Origin: Laetmonice hystrix
Lineage: Eukaryota
Direction: 5' to 3'
Assembly (NCBI GenBank): GCA_965235115.1
Contig: OZ249437.1
Coordinates: 46,872,001 to 46,936,000 of the forward strand
DNA: 64,000 bases
Shown here in pieces: positions 37,821 through 51,014 of the stretch (the first letter of the stretch is position 1; each line of letters starts with the position of its first letter). Made by a program: the position numbers and the translations under genes. The notes beneath the pieces were generated by a model. The model did not search any database and had not been told where the DNA came from. It was given only the letters and a program-made list of their open reading frames with translations.

Positions 37821-39149
37821 TGTCCATAAGTCTGGCTTGGTGAGACTAACTTTCAGTAATATGGCTTCCGGAGGGGCATGGGCAGACCCACAGGAATTCA
37901 GGTGTGCCATCTATAATTATTCAAGCACAATGTGCTGTCACAGCAGATCAGTAGCCGCCGCCAGAAACCACAGTTCAGTCTGCACATGTCAGTCGAACTC
38001 AGTGGTCGACGTCTTCCCACTTACATTTCATATTTTAAATGTCAAGAGCTAAGTGTCGCTCCTCACAACCATCTTACTAACATTGGGTTTCCTCTGTGCT
38101 ACTGGACCACGACATGGAAATATTAAAACGAATTAACCACGGCCAGAGAGAATTATTCCTACTGCCAACCAACCACCTGTCATCTACGTCAACTCCAGGG
38201 CCGCTAACGTTCAAAATACTATATAATCGATCAAATATGACATAAATCGAGGCGGACCCAATAAATTATTGTCTAGTCCAGGCAGGTACCGTGGTACTAA
38301 GATATGGTGAAATATCGGCGTCCTCCTTCAATCTCACCACAACCTCCTTCTACATGTGCCTTGGCGACTCAGAGCTGCCACACATGTGAGCTGAGCGTTT
38401 CTCTCACCTGTTTCTTCTGTGTTTGCGACACACTGCTGCATTGATGATTCTGACAGGGTTCAAAACCACAGTATTTCGAAAGAAACAATGAGAGGGAAAT
38501 TGTAATTTACATGGAAATTATCACCATACATGTCTGCCATTAACAAATGCCAAATTCCATTTAAAAACTGTCATCACCAATGAATGACAATTTCCTCGTC
38601 CTACAACCTTTTTCTAATGAATGCTTGCACACGATATTTTAGATCATTTCTTGTGTGATCCATTAATGAGGATTCAACTTCGAGGTCCTTTCAGAAATGA
38701 GCCCAATATTCCAAGCCCCTGGTTACAACGTCTCCATTCGATGCTGGTCAAGTGTTTTAGAATACTCATGATGTGATTTTAATATTTCTCGTCATCACAG
38801 ATAAAAGAGCAGTAATTCAAACATGGGCACTCCAAGATCGAGTCGAATAATGCTGATTTAAACAGAAATATTTTGCTTTTTTCTGAAGAGTACTCTTTTA
38901 GATTTCATGTATGATATTTTTTTAAGATTATCGGCCTGACCCCCCGCCCCCATCAAACATTATTTCAATCAAATACTGAGAATTGTTTGCTGACTGCATA
39001 GTGTTAAATAACCTGGTAGATAAACCGATTTCTCTACAACCTCCGAGGTTTACTAACCTGCAGGACATCTGTGTAAGTAGTATACGTGTTTGAATTGACC
39101 AGCATTCCCTCTCAGTGTGGGTACAATACGTGAGGTGGGGAGACCCGCT

Positions 39150-39370
39150 CTCTCTCTCTGCCCGACTCGCCGACCGCCCGCCCACACTGATACCGACTGC
39201 TAGCTCGGAGTCTCCCTCCCCGGCCAACCGACCGACGGGCCTAACTGGGCGTGCGTGCCGCCTGCCGATCGACGTCGGCGTACTCTCCTGTCGGCCGACA
39301 GCCTCGTCGTTCGTCCCCGCTGTGTGCCTCCTCCGACTCGCGACAATAACCGTAACGCCACGAGGGATGG
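39150..39370. promoter_or_regulatory. CpG-rich island-like segment; possible promoter or first exon
   Basis: Dense CG dinucleotides (ccgactcgccgaccgcccg, gccgatcgacgtcggcg) relative to the flanks. Minus-strand donor CAG|GTTAGT at 39057. Confidence 0.33.
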
Positions 39371-40280
39371 AGAGAAAACGGCTAGTCAAAGCCTCCACTC
39401 GTACAGGTGTGGCAGTCAAACAATGAGGTGCACGAATGAAGAAACTCTTTCTACCTTGTGAATATCACGTCGGCAGGCGAGCGGAGACTGATGGCGGGAG
39501 ACTGACGCCTGGTCACCCTGGATGTTGGGCTGATGCTGGGGACAGAAATAGTTGCTATGTTGTACTACAGGGCCTCCGGATCAGTGTCACGCTGTTGATA
39601 ACTCCATGCGTGGCATAGTCCAGGTTCATTGCTGTTGCAACTCGCATCTCAATATCTTCTGTGTGCCACAGGTGCTGGAAATGTGGCTGGTTTTCCCGGG
39701 TCTCAGTTGTAATCTGGCTAACCCCTCCCACACTGAGTGAGCCTTTATTCCATGGGCAGCCAAGTGGAGATTAGCCGACACACATACACACACTTCCTCC
39801 TTCTGATCACCTAACCCACATATATGTTTTGATACGACCAGCAGGCCTTTGCTGGTCTTCAACTCCAGTCATCGGTGTAGATCTCCATAGAGCGACCACC
39901 AGGGCAGCGGACTCGCATCCAACACATCCCCAGCATGACATCAAAGGGTTTCACCCGGTGGTCTTTGGCCCAGATATGAAGCAACATGGAAGCAATGAAG
40001 AATACGGAATGACGGGGCAATTAATATTCATGATTGTCAGTTGCAGTGAAAAGGTGGGGGTTTCGGGCGCCGGGGGGGGGGGGGGGGGGGACTGACATTA
40101 CTCAATACTCAGAGCTGAGTAGGGCTGGGCGGGGCTTTCTCTGTATGAAATGCAAGGCAGCTACCCAGCTGCTCAGCCTCCCAGCAGCCAGCATCAGCAT
40201 CACAACTTCTTGGCTTTCACTCTCAGATATTATGCTCATTTCAGTGTGCGACATTATCAACATCTAGTCCCCCCCCCCCG

Positions 40281-40719
40281 CTACCGCCTGATACACGCCG
40301 CCAAGTGACTGCTTCTGTACACCCACAACTACCGCCTGATACCCGCCGCCAAGTGACTGCTTCTGTACACCCACAACTACCGCCTGATACACGCCGCCAA
40401 GTGACTGCTTCTGTGCCCACACAACTACCGCCTGACACACGCCGCCAAGTGACTGCTTCTGTACACCCACAACTACCGCCTGATACACGCCGCCAAGTGA
40501 CTGCTTCTGTACACCCACAACTACCGCCTGATACACGCCGCCAAGTGACTGCTTCTGTACACCCACAACTACCGCCTGATACACGCCGCCAAGTGACTGC
40601 TTCTGTACACCCACAACTACCGCCTGATACACGCCGCCAAGTGACTGCTTCTGTACACCCACAACTACCGCCTGATACACGCCGCCAAGTGACTGCTTCT
40701 GTACACCCACAACTACCGC
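40281..40719. repeat. 48-bp minisatellite, 9 copies
   Basis: Unit ctaccgcctgatacacgccgccaagtgactgcttctgtacacccacaa; begins right after a C11 run. Confidence 0.97.
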
Positions 40720-41492
40720 TGCCGAGTGGACCACGAACCTTTGAACGTATCAGTTGACTTTGTTAACCTCTAAATTACAATACCATGTCGGTACAGGAGG
40801 CAGATTATACGACGGTCCGCAGTCGATGCGAGCATCCCTTCATTTTTTATGGATGCTGGTTAGGAAGGGACGGGAGGCCTGGAGGGGCTGGCCACGAGCA
40901 GGGGTGCCAAGGGCAAAGGTTACGAGTTCAGAGGGCATGACTGTCATGAGTGCTGCGTCACAAATTGGTCATGATAACCCATACCACAGTGGCCAGGGGG
41001 TACAAAGGATAATTAACTTGTGCACTATGACATGGCCTGATTCATCGACAAACAAACGCTGACAGGCTTTTGTCATGTTTCAATCGGCTTCATTCTCAGG
41101 AGAGCGGTTAAACCTCTACCATCTAATGACAGGCAAACCAAGACCGTCCTAATTACGACCAATTAACACCTATATGGCCGCAGAATTATCATTTCGATAA
41201 TTCAACATCACTAAATACCGATCGAGATATGGAACTAAATAACATACTATTTACACATCTTGGTAGTCGATTTTAATATATAATTTTCCACCTTAATTCA
41301 TCATCTTACGAAACACATACTTGCATGCGTGGATAATTATCTCTAACGTTTTCCTGATAAAAACGCGTGAGAATATCCTCATCCTACTCTCAACCATTTT
41401 ATAATTAAACATAAACATTGTGAGGTCAAGAGAAAAAGCTGAAATAATGATCATTTTAAACCTAGGTTACATCTGCTGAAGAGACGTCTGTC

Positions 41493-41590
41493 GACGTGCT
41501 TGTTTTAATACGAGTTGGTCGTAGTGTGCCCAGTGTTGGCCATGGACGTGCTTGTCTTGATACGAGCTGGTCGTAGTGTGCCCAGTGTTG
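41493..41590. repeat. 46-bp direct duplication with 52-bp period
   Basis: gacgtgcttgtYttRatacgagYtggtcgtagtgtgcccagtgttg at 41493 and 41545. Confidence 0.85.
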
Positions 41591-42330
41591 TCCAGTGACC
41601 TGCCCAGGGATATTGACGTGTCACATGCCCTTCACTGGCCTTTCCCATCCTCATCATGCCAGTCAGGATTCACTCTCATTGAGCATCAGTAGCTACCTTC
41701 TCTAGTGAAAACATAATTCAATTTTCTCTCAGGCTAGTGTGGTGTATAAAGTGCCAATGTCGATTAGAATCTATGTAGTTGGTTCGTAGTTAGCTGCCTG
41801 ATGGTGTCCCACCATTTAATTCACCAACAGCTGCACTCCCTACTAACCTATGACAAGCGCCTGGCTTGCTGCTGATGCTGAGGTAAACAATGCCTTTCTT
41901 GATGGCTACAGCCGCTGGCTATATACGGTTGATATTTTACAGGACATCAGCGCTTCAAGCCGACACTCATCAGGTCGTATCTCTCCTTTCATCAGTGCTC
42001 TCTCTAATTAAAAAGGCACAATCTTCTAGTTCCGGATTGTGAAACTTGTAAAAACGAGCCAGCACTGGGATCCAGTTACCTTTAGATCTATGTCACAAGG
42101 ACAACATTTTTCTATCCGATTGTCGGGGTATCCTGAGTTTATATAGTTACAATATGTTATATCATTCACAATTACAAGAGCCAAGAGGTTTGGTCTGGTT
42201 TGGACCTGGCAGGTGATGAAAACAATGAACGGTTGACAGTAGGTGGCTGATCGAGCAGCGCCTGGTCCGCACGTCTGCCTCCAGCCGGCCACCAAGTCAC
42301 ACTGCCACCTGTCGCTGGCCAGTCACACAG

Positions 42331-43505
42331 CCCCCGGCCACTCTCAGTCTCCTTCCTTCACCAATCTCCCTCACCGTCCCCGGCCACTCTCAGTCTCCTT
42401 CCTTCACCAATCTCCCTCAGCGTCCCCGGTCCCCATCTCCTTCCTTCACCAATCCCCATCTCCTTCCTTCACCAATCTCCCTCACCGCCCCGGTCCCCAT
42501 CTCCTTCCTTCACCAATCCCCATCTCTTTCCTTCACCAATCTCCCTCACCGCCCCGTTCCCCTTCCCCTACCTTCACCAATCTCCCTCACCGCCCCGGTC
42601 CCCATCTCCTTCCTTTACCAATCTCCCTCACCGCCCCGGTCCCCATCTCCTTCCTTCACCAATCCCCATCTCTTTCCTTCACCAATCTCCCTCACCGCCC
42701 CGTTCCCCTTCCCCTACCTTCACCAATCTCCCTCACCGCCCCGGTCCCCATCTCCTTCCTTTACCAATCTCCCTCACCGCCCCCGGTCCCCATCTCCTTC
42801 CTTCACCAATCCCCATCTCTTTCCTTCACCAATCTCCCTCACCGCCCCGTTCCCCTTCTCCTACCTTCACCAATCTCCCTCACCGCCCCGGTCCCCATCT
42901 CCTTCCTTTACCAATCTCCCTCACCGCCCCCGGTCCCTATCTCCTTCCTTCACCAATCTCCCTCAGCGTCCCCCGGTCCCCATCTCCTTCCTTCACCAAT
43001 CTTCCTCACCCTCACCGTCCCCGGTCCCCATCTCCTTCCTTCACCAATCTTCCTCACCCTCACCGTCCCCCGGTCCCCATCTCCTTCCTTCACCAATCTT
43101 CCTCACCGCCCCGGTCCCCATCTCCTTCCTTCACCAATCTCCTTCATCGCCCCCGTCCCTATCTCCTTCCTTCACCAATCTCCCTCACTCTCACCGTCCC
43201 CCGGTCCGCCGGTCCTCATCTCCTTCCTTCACCAATCTCCCTCACTCTCACCGTCCCCCGGTCCCCATCTCCTTCCTTCACCAATCTTCCTCACTCTCAC
43301 CGTCCCCCGGTCCCCATCTCCTTCCTTCACCAATCTTCCTCACTCTCACCGTCCCCCGGTCCCCATCTCCTTCCTTCACCAATCTTCCTCACTCTCACCG
43401 TCCCCCAGGTCCCTATCTGCTTCCTTCACCAATCTTCCTCACCCTCACCGTCCCCCGGTCCCCATCTCCTTCCTTCACCAATCTTCCTCACTCTCACCGT
43501 CCCTC
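42331..43505. repeat. Pyrimidine-rich compound minisatellite
   Basis: Modules ccccggtccccatctccttccttcaccaatctccctcaccg and derivatives. A 147-bp higher-order duplication shows as a 49-aa period in the 42243 ORF. Confidence 0.95.
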
Positions 43506-45880
43506 AGTTCATGGTTTTGATGCTGATATTGACTGACTGGAGAGGAAATGGGCGCTGCCGTGGCGGAGGCTGCTGGCTGAAGCGCCAAGGCTTCCAGGCA
43601 TCCTCCGAGACCTAATGTGGTGTAATTTATGAGTGGATCCCTGCAGGTAACCATGAATTAAGCATGTTATTATCACACAGTGCTTGCCTCAATTATCGCC
43701 GTCTAAAAGCCTCGAGGATACTTGCTTCCTGTCTAAAACTAATCATGACTGTGAAAATGGCCACAACTATCGTCAGAGCCCCTCAGACCTGCGATGGCTA
43801 AGCATACGTAATTGTATCATTAGGGAATCCTTAACGGTACATATGATTACGGCATGAAGCAGGATGCAATGCCTTTCGATATTAGCGTTGTCGTGCAGTC
43901 CCCTTGTTTTAAACCGCATTAAGAACATCTGGAGCACATCACTTTAGTTTTCATTCGGTCTCATCCGGTTTTTGAAAACGTAAGTACACACTACATTCAA
44001 TGACAGTCTCGAGCACACACACATAGAAACAAATACAACATGTACAAAATGTATATTACGTTCCAAGTTCAAATATTGTGAGAGCTATTACGTACAGGCA
44101 GACTCGTAAAATGTTATTCATACTTTACTTCAGCTGGTTGGTGTTCATGGGATTTGCCATCACCAAATCAAGTGATGCTAATCACATCTACTTAGAAATT
44201 CATCAAACTGAACTGATTAAGATTTCCTCTGTCACCATCAGCCGTATTAATATGGATGCCCGCCCACTCGCCTAATCTGACACCCGAGGGAGACGGTACC
44301 GGAGTCCGGGCTTAGGCTGGCAGCGACAAATCTCAGCCAAATCTCTCCTCGCCCTGACAACCTGGCCGCTCCCACAGGAAAAGGTGGCATTAATTTGGGT
44401 ACTTTCCAAGCTGGGCAAACTCTCTCTGATCTTGGCTGACATCAGGATTGCATTAATTGACAACTGGAGATGGTCTGTTTGAAATGGTCCCCCATGTGCT
44501 TGTCCCACAACACTTGCAGTCACGCAAGCACGCTTGTAAAAACCTTGTCAAATTACACCTAGAATACGTACAGATAATCCGGGATCACAATTGTCTTTAT
44601 ACGTTTTTTCCGGACACCTACCCTCTGTACCGTGAAGCAGTAAGTAACATGAATACTAAACGTACAATACTTTCACTTAAATTACTCTTACTTCTGATGA
44701 AGTAATAATTGTATACCGCCCATACCAGCAGGAATCGTCCGTTCGTCTATAGCGACGACGGTGCCGCCTTCCCACGACCAAACTCTTAATCCGGTGTTTT
44801 GCCTTTATACAGGCTGAGTGCAGTGAGTGACAGTCTCTGTCAGCTGTGATGTCTACCTTTCCCTCAGCTGAGTGACAGCTGGGTGGTGATGAAAGACACT
44901 TCTGGAGAGAAGCTCGATGCTCAATGGTTCGTCATGATGCTATCAGAGCTTGCTCAAACCGCTATTACCGCCTGACGTGTCTGACAGTGCTGTCATTCTC
45001 ACTGACACCTCACGGGATGAGCTGGAGCAGTTAATAACACACTCTTGGCACCAGCATCACATGCTTATTCCTGATCCCGACCCCATCCCCTACTTCAAGG
45101 TGTTTCTTCAGGTAAACTGGGTAGCAAAGGTTAAAAGTTCAAGTCACTGCATGCTGCAGGTGACAGGAGTGTGCAGGATGTAATGAGTGTCGAGAGACAC
45201 CTATAGTTAAAGTCTGGCCTCTATCGGTCTAATGGCTTCCATCAAAGACCGCTCAACATACTATTATTCCATCTTAGCTGTGATCTTCTGTATCCTATCT
45301 ACTCCCTCCTATGCTTATTAAGGGACGATATGTTTATAAACGGTCCCCAGTGACCCAGCCTGGGGAAGCGGTTCAATAAACAAACGTTCACAACACCTTC
45401 ATCATCAGAAAGTCCAGAATCATGTATGACCGAGCGGCCAGCTTCCTATCACTTCGATCTGCAGACTATAGACTCGGGCTGGTCCTGTGCAGCATTCCCA
45501 CTCCTTACTGATCACTATTTGCAGACAGCTCAACTTGTACACGTTTAATCAAAGAAACCAACCGTTGACCCATTTGGAGCCGCCACCGCCGAGTCCTTCA
45601 GCCTTCCAGTCATAGACCTTATCAACGTCCCAAATCGACATCTGTATTTGATATCTTAATATCATTTGTTTTTTCAATGTGTTAACGTGTAGTACTACGG
45701 GATGCAAACGCAAACCAACGAATTATGAGCAGAAAAAGGCACCTTTAACAATGCAGCCCTTTTTAAAATGATTACATTTCCGCGGTTGCAACTGCTGGTA
45801 GAAAGCCGTTTCTAACTAGACAAGTAGCGTTCGTGACGGCGGCAGACTGGACCATAGTGTCGGTAATGATCACTGACAAC

Positions 45881-46180
45881 GACCATGATCTGTAGGTATG
45901 TGTGTTGATTGCGCTGGGTTGAGGTCAGGGTAGGGTCCCGGACCATGGTCTGTAGGTATGTGTGTTGATTGCGCTGGGTTGAGGTCAGGGTAGGGTCCCG
46001 GACCATGGTCTGTAGGTATGTGTGTTGATTGCGCTGGGTTGAGGTCAGGGTAGGGTCCCGGACCATGGTCTGTAGGTATGTGTGTTGATTGCGCTGGGTT
46101 GAGGTCAGGGTAGGGTCCCGGACCATGGTCTGTAGGTATGTGTGTTGATTGCGCTGGGTTGAGGTCAGGGTGGGGTCCCG
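45881..46180. repeat. 60-bp minisatellite, 5 copies
   Basis: Unit gaccatggtctgtaggtatgtgtgttgattgcgctgggttgaggtcagggtagggtcccg. Confidence 0.97.
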
Positions 46181-47994
46181 GAGTATTGAGCCTGTCGAGG
46201 TGTGTATCCCGGCCCAGCTACACTGGGTGGGTGGTCCGTGCTACTATCATCCTTCTTGTCAAACTGTGGTCACAGACACTGATAACTGGATGGGGGAACA
46301 CACATGGTCTCCATCACCACCATCCCACCTCCCGCATGATGTAAGATCCCCACATACACCCACACGCCGACGGAATGCCGTCTCCGGCTTTCTTGTATAA
46401 CCAATACTTTTTGTTGTTTCTTTTTGTTTCGTTCCATGAATGGCACATATATACGGCACGAACCATGGATGCTGGTCTGTCTCAGTAGGAATATCCGTAC
46501 ACATTCAAACTTCCCTCAGTATTTTATTGTAGTCAACTTTAGTGACAGGAGCAGTTCTTTCTCATGTTCACTCTCATCCACTCCTGTCTATACACTGGGC
46601 TGCAATACTGACGGTATTCATGGTGTAACCTAATATAAAAACTGATATATAACCGCCTCATGATATCAGCGTTTCGTACACGTGGCAAGACTATTCTCCT
46701 GATCAGCTAAAGGCCCACAGATAAACCTGCCCTACCGATTTAATGCTGCCCCAGCTGACCTTTGATCTGTTCAATTGGACAGCGCCGACAGCCTTGACTG
46801 GCCCTCTCTGTATCAGTCCATCTATTCTAGCCGTACGGCACTCGCTGGCCAAGGTGTGGTGATCTATGTCAGTCGAGTCGGTTGTGTTTACCGATCCGTC
46901 TGTAGCATTGCACAATGAACAGGCATCATCATTTGTAATCCCTTCACCGACAGACTTTACCGTCTGAATAACGGCCTATAATGTATGTTTGCTATTGAGG
47001 TATGCCACCTACTATAGAGAGGGGACGCCCTGATAGTCGCCGTGTGGGCCCCCACCATCCTTTGTACTCCACCACCCAGCCGAGTATATCTACACAACCC
47101 AATCAATTCTACCAACAAACTTTTCATCTGCTGACACGTCTTCTCTTGATGGAGGTTAGAACCCCATCAATGTTCCTACCAAAGCGTATCAGTCCAAGTA
47201 CATTCAGACGCCTCCGCACAGCTTCATATACTATCAACGACATAACTTCCCACTTTCTATGTACAGCAAAAATAGGTTGGCACCAAATGTACATTTGCCG
47301 ACGGTGAACTTTGTGTGGTAGGTTTTGTAAGACAAGTGATGGCTTAGAGGTGGTGACTCCCAATCTTGCCACCATAAATCTTCGCCACCTTTTCTTCTGT
47401 CGGCCTTGACTATAGTAGGTCCCTGGACTACCCTCGCCAGCCAACCATGCACCTTCTACCAACCCCCAACACCCTGGGCACCATTCTACAAATCTGTGGT
47501 CGGCTCACAACCAGCCAACCACAACCATCGACACAATGGTGACTGGCACCGACTGACTTGTAAGTTAGATGACCATCACTATGATTATTGATACGTTTTT
47601 AATACACAGTAAATACATATATGGACTGATAATTCAAATTAGATTCGTCGGCATACCTTTCTACTCACCAAACAGCGGTAAAACTGGCAATAACGTAACC
47701 TGAACATCTCGGCATGTTACGCTATTGCCAGTTTAGCGCTATCTGAAAAGTCAGGAGGAATCCAGAGAGACTGTTACGAGTCCCACAACCAAATAACTTT
47801 TTAAATTCACATAGTTCTGCTATTTTCTGATCTCTAAAGGGTACAGTTGCCCTTTTGATCACCAATCCATTAAGCAATGTGTAGCGATTAAACACGTTGC
47901 TGTTTTCGAAACCGTGAAGTACATCTGTTGAATGTTGAAGGAGTTTTCCCCAAATGTCAAGGAGCAGGCGGAGGGGACTGCACGAGGTACTCAC

Positions 47995-48019
47995 CACGAC
48001 AGGGTCAGGCTGGTCGAGT
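47995..48019 (-). CDS. Candidate 25-nt micro-exon ACTCGACCAGCCTGACCCTGTCGTG (LDQPDPVV or STSLTLS)
   Basis: Strong acceptor tttttatcacttcttgACAG and consensus donor GTG|GTGAGT. Confidence 0.33.
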
Positions 48020-49950
48020 CTGTCAAGAAGTGATAAAAATGTAGAGGACCCACTTACTTGGTCGTTCCTGTTATTTTAATGTGATGGCGCCGCTGTAGAT
48101 GTATACTCCAGCCTGCGATACCCTTTAAGATTCAGTCACCATTGCCTGGTCCAAACAGAACTAACTTTGAACAATCACTGATGTATTCTTGAGGTAGTGT
48201 CGGACAAAGATGGGTGAATGTATACTGCGACTATTTCAGGTTGTGGCGTGACGTGAACGTAAAGGATGTCCGTCAAGTTATAAACGCCGTCCACGTAACT
48301 TCCCAAGTTCAGTGGGAGGACGTCGAGTGTTGAAGAGCTCCATGTCCAACCATGGTCGACTGAAGACTGCCTACAACGGCCCCTGCCGGGTTCACTTCAT
48401 CGCGCCCAAACCATTTTTCACTGCAGACCTGCCATTATTTGTGGGTCCGTTTGAGATAAAAGGCGTATGTGATTGTATTGAAGGGCAGACTGCAGAACGG
48501 AGGAAGGCCCGCAGCTGGCAGTGGCAGCGGTGGGGCGGCGGGCTAACCTAATGACTCGGGTAATGGTCCAGCTGGGCTACCGTCGGCATAAGTCACCCCT
48601 ACCCCGACACCCCCATACATGTGCGCGCACCCCCCCCCCCCTTTACTAGGCGCAAGCACACCCCCACCGAATGTGTCTGCTTTGCCCCGAAGCATCTGTC
48701 CATTTCAGAAGTGCTAACCGATACTTTATCACTCATCTTCGCTTCTGTTTGTTTTAACCTTAGAAATATTGCGGAGACAATCCATCAAATGCTTTGGTTT
48801 TGTAGACACACGAAAAAAGAAGAAAAAAAGGAGAGATCTACTGCCAATGAGTAAATAGTTTACCCTAAGGCGGCTTATTTTGTTTATCCGTCGGAAATTT
48901 AACATAAATTTGCATCCACCTTTTTCTTTTGTCCGTAACATCTTTTGAGGATGTTATTAGAAAGAGACTTAACACAGCTTCTAGAAAAGGAAATAAAAAT
49001 GTGGTACATCTATAACTTACCATTGTTCTTTGTCAGTCTAAACGTACAGATAACACTTACCGTATTACAAAAGACAATTTGGCCGACAGTGCTACACAAG
49101 TTCTTGTCTGGCTCAAAACAAATACTTCTACAGTGAGTATGCCACGGGAGTGGTCGAATCATTGGTTATACTGTGGGAAACTATATAAGTCATCCTGAGG
49201 ACGACAAACTACAACCATTGTGTTCAGTTCGTTGTAAAGAAATGTTCTCTTCTCCGGCTCAATTGCCTCAGCAAATTTCAACAAAATTATCTCCAAGAGG
49301 GATCAGTCATGCCAAAGTGAAGTCAAAGTCGGACCAGTTCTACGACTCCATGAAATTTAGATACCAATAGGATGAGGACATGCAGGAAATGGATTTACCT
49401 GGAAAAATCCTCACGTGCTTCACAAGAGGAGCTTGCCTGTGATTAGTTGAGACGTATGGCAGTTATAAATGATATTTCGTTTGACCTGATAGTAGCCAAA
49501 GGTATTATTAACTTCATGGTAGAAGATCAAACTGACCCGGCTGCTGGACCGTACGACCATATGGGGACATCCTCACCTACCTATTTACCTGCTTTACCCC
49601 AAGCACAGTATATAGGTGTACATCAAATTTACCGTCAACTTTTCTATTTACAACTAATATTTGGCTGGTTCGGTTGACTGAATTTCATTTCCTTTACATC
49701 ATTAGCACACACACAGAAAACTCGTCTTTTTTCGCATACTTCCTCCACATCAACAAAACCGTAATACTCTCCCGTCATCAGGTAAAGGGAGATCTGAACA
49801 ATCACCTAATTTCAGAGTGATGTTTGTTTATCTTCAAAGGTCTCTTGTGGCCATTATGTCATAGTCTGATAGAATCTCCACAAACTGTGTCCACAAGCTG
49901 TCCTATTTGTTTGGTTCCGCACAAGTCTGCCCTCATTTTTTACCTGAGTT

Positions 49951-50054
49951 TAAAAAGAAAGAAAGGAAAGAAAAGAAAGTAAAGGAAGAAATGAAAGAAA
50001 GGAAAGGAACAAAGAAAGAAAAAAAGAAAGAAAGAAAGAAAGAAAGAATGAAAG
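49951..50054. repeat. Degenerate (GAAA)n microsatellite
   Basis: aaagaaagaaaggaaag...gaaagaaagaaagaatgaaag. Confidence 0.9.
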
Positions 50055-51014
50055 TTCGAGAGGCTTTACTATCTACTTTTCAACCTACGGTTAAACGTCA
50101 AGTCTGTCACCCCTAGCTGTGACTTGAACAATATACAAGCTACGGTACTCCCTGTATAATTCAGGTATATTCGAGGCGCCGCAATGCTATAACTGGACCT
50201 GGTAAAAGGAAGATAACAGTTATCTCTTACTCCATGGTATTCATGATACTGATCCTCCGTGACGGAACTAAACACACCAATAGTATGTGACCTGACCAAT
50301 GTTACACCAGTCATCCCTTCACCAGAACCCACCACTGGAATTAAACCATCACTGCTTCAGTTTCCTTCACACCTTCAAGTCAACTGTGAATGATGTACCA
50401 ACAATTGTGCACTGAGTATCTCTGTGAAATGTTTGCCCGTCAAACAGTCCCCCCTGACCGAGTACCGAGTACGGGGATCGTAGCCACCACTCAACAGGCT
50501 TGCTCACCTCGTTCAGGCAACAACGGGCAAACTTCAGTTTTCTTCTTGTTTTGTTACCTGACTAAAGAAGTCAAACGTCAATAAAGGGAACTTGTTTGCC
50601 AGGGGTGACAAAAAGTGTTGCATTTGTCACATTTCTGACACGCACAACTCCCACCTGCTCCTGCTTCACAAAGAGACAGGCACTTTTCTTTTTGGGTCAT
50701 ATCTGAAATCGAGTTTTTATTGACAGTTGTTCACAAATAAACTTCAGGTACATGGGTACGGTAACGTAAACACAGAACGAACACTAGACTTCGTTCTCAA
50801 TGAACACGACTTACATTCTTAGTTACATGACCACACTGATCAATAAGAACCTCAATAAGTAATATCTTCCAACAAGAATCTTTTACCCTTTCATCTCTTC
50901 ACATTTTTCCCTTTCTATATAAGCAGCCAATTTTTCTGCAGTTATGATTATAGACAGAAAGTATTTGGCTCGAGGTCCGACCTCACTTTGCTGGTTGGCA
51001 AAGACCGAAGTTAA

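Noticed and set aside
37861-37915. MASGGAWADPQEFRCAI as a TRIM/RING N-terminus
   Set aside because: The second Cys and the remaining RING ligands are absent.
40100-40265. PHD plus APE endonuclease relic of a LINE (FLCMKC...SISITTSWLSLSDI)
   Set aside because: The motifs are too short and too close together, and the first APE motif is missing.
40264-40757. Overlapping 150-156 aa ORFs on both strands
   Set aside because: Produced by a 48-bp (multiple of 3) unit, with no coding evidence in the flanks.
41930-42000. Hammerhead ribozyme (minus-strand CTGATGAG)
   Set aside because: Lacks the GAAA core and convincing stems II and III.
42243-43520. 425-aa Pro/Ser-rich ORF
   Set aside because: C/T-rich repeat DNA rarely forms stop codons, so the ORF is a compositional artefact.
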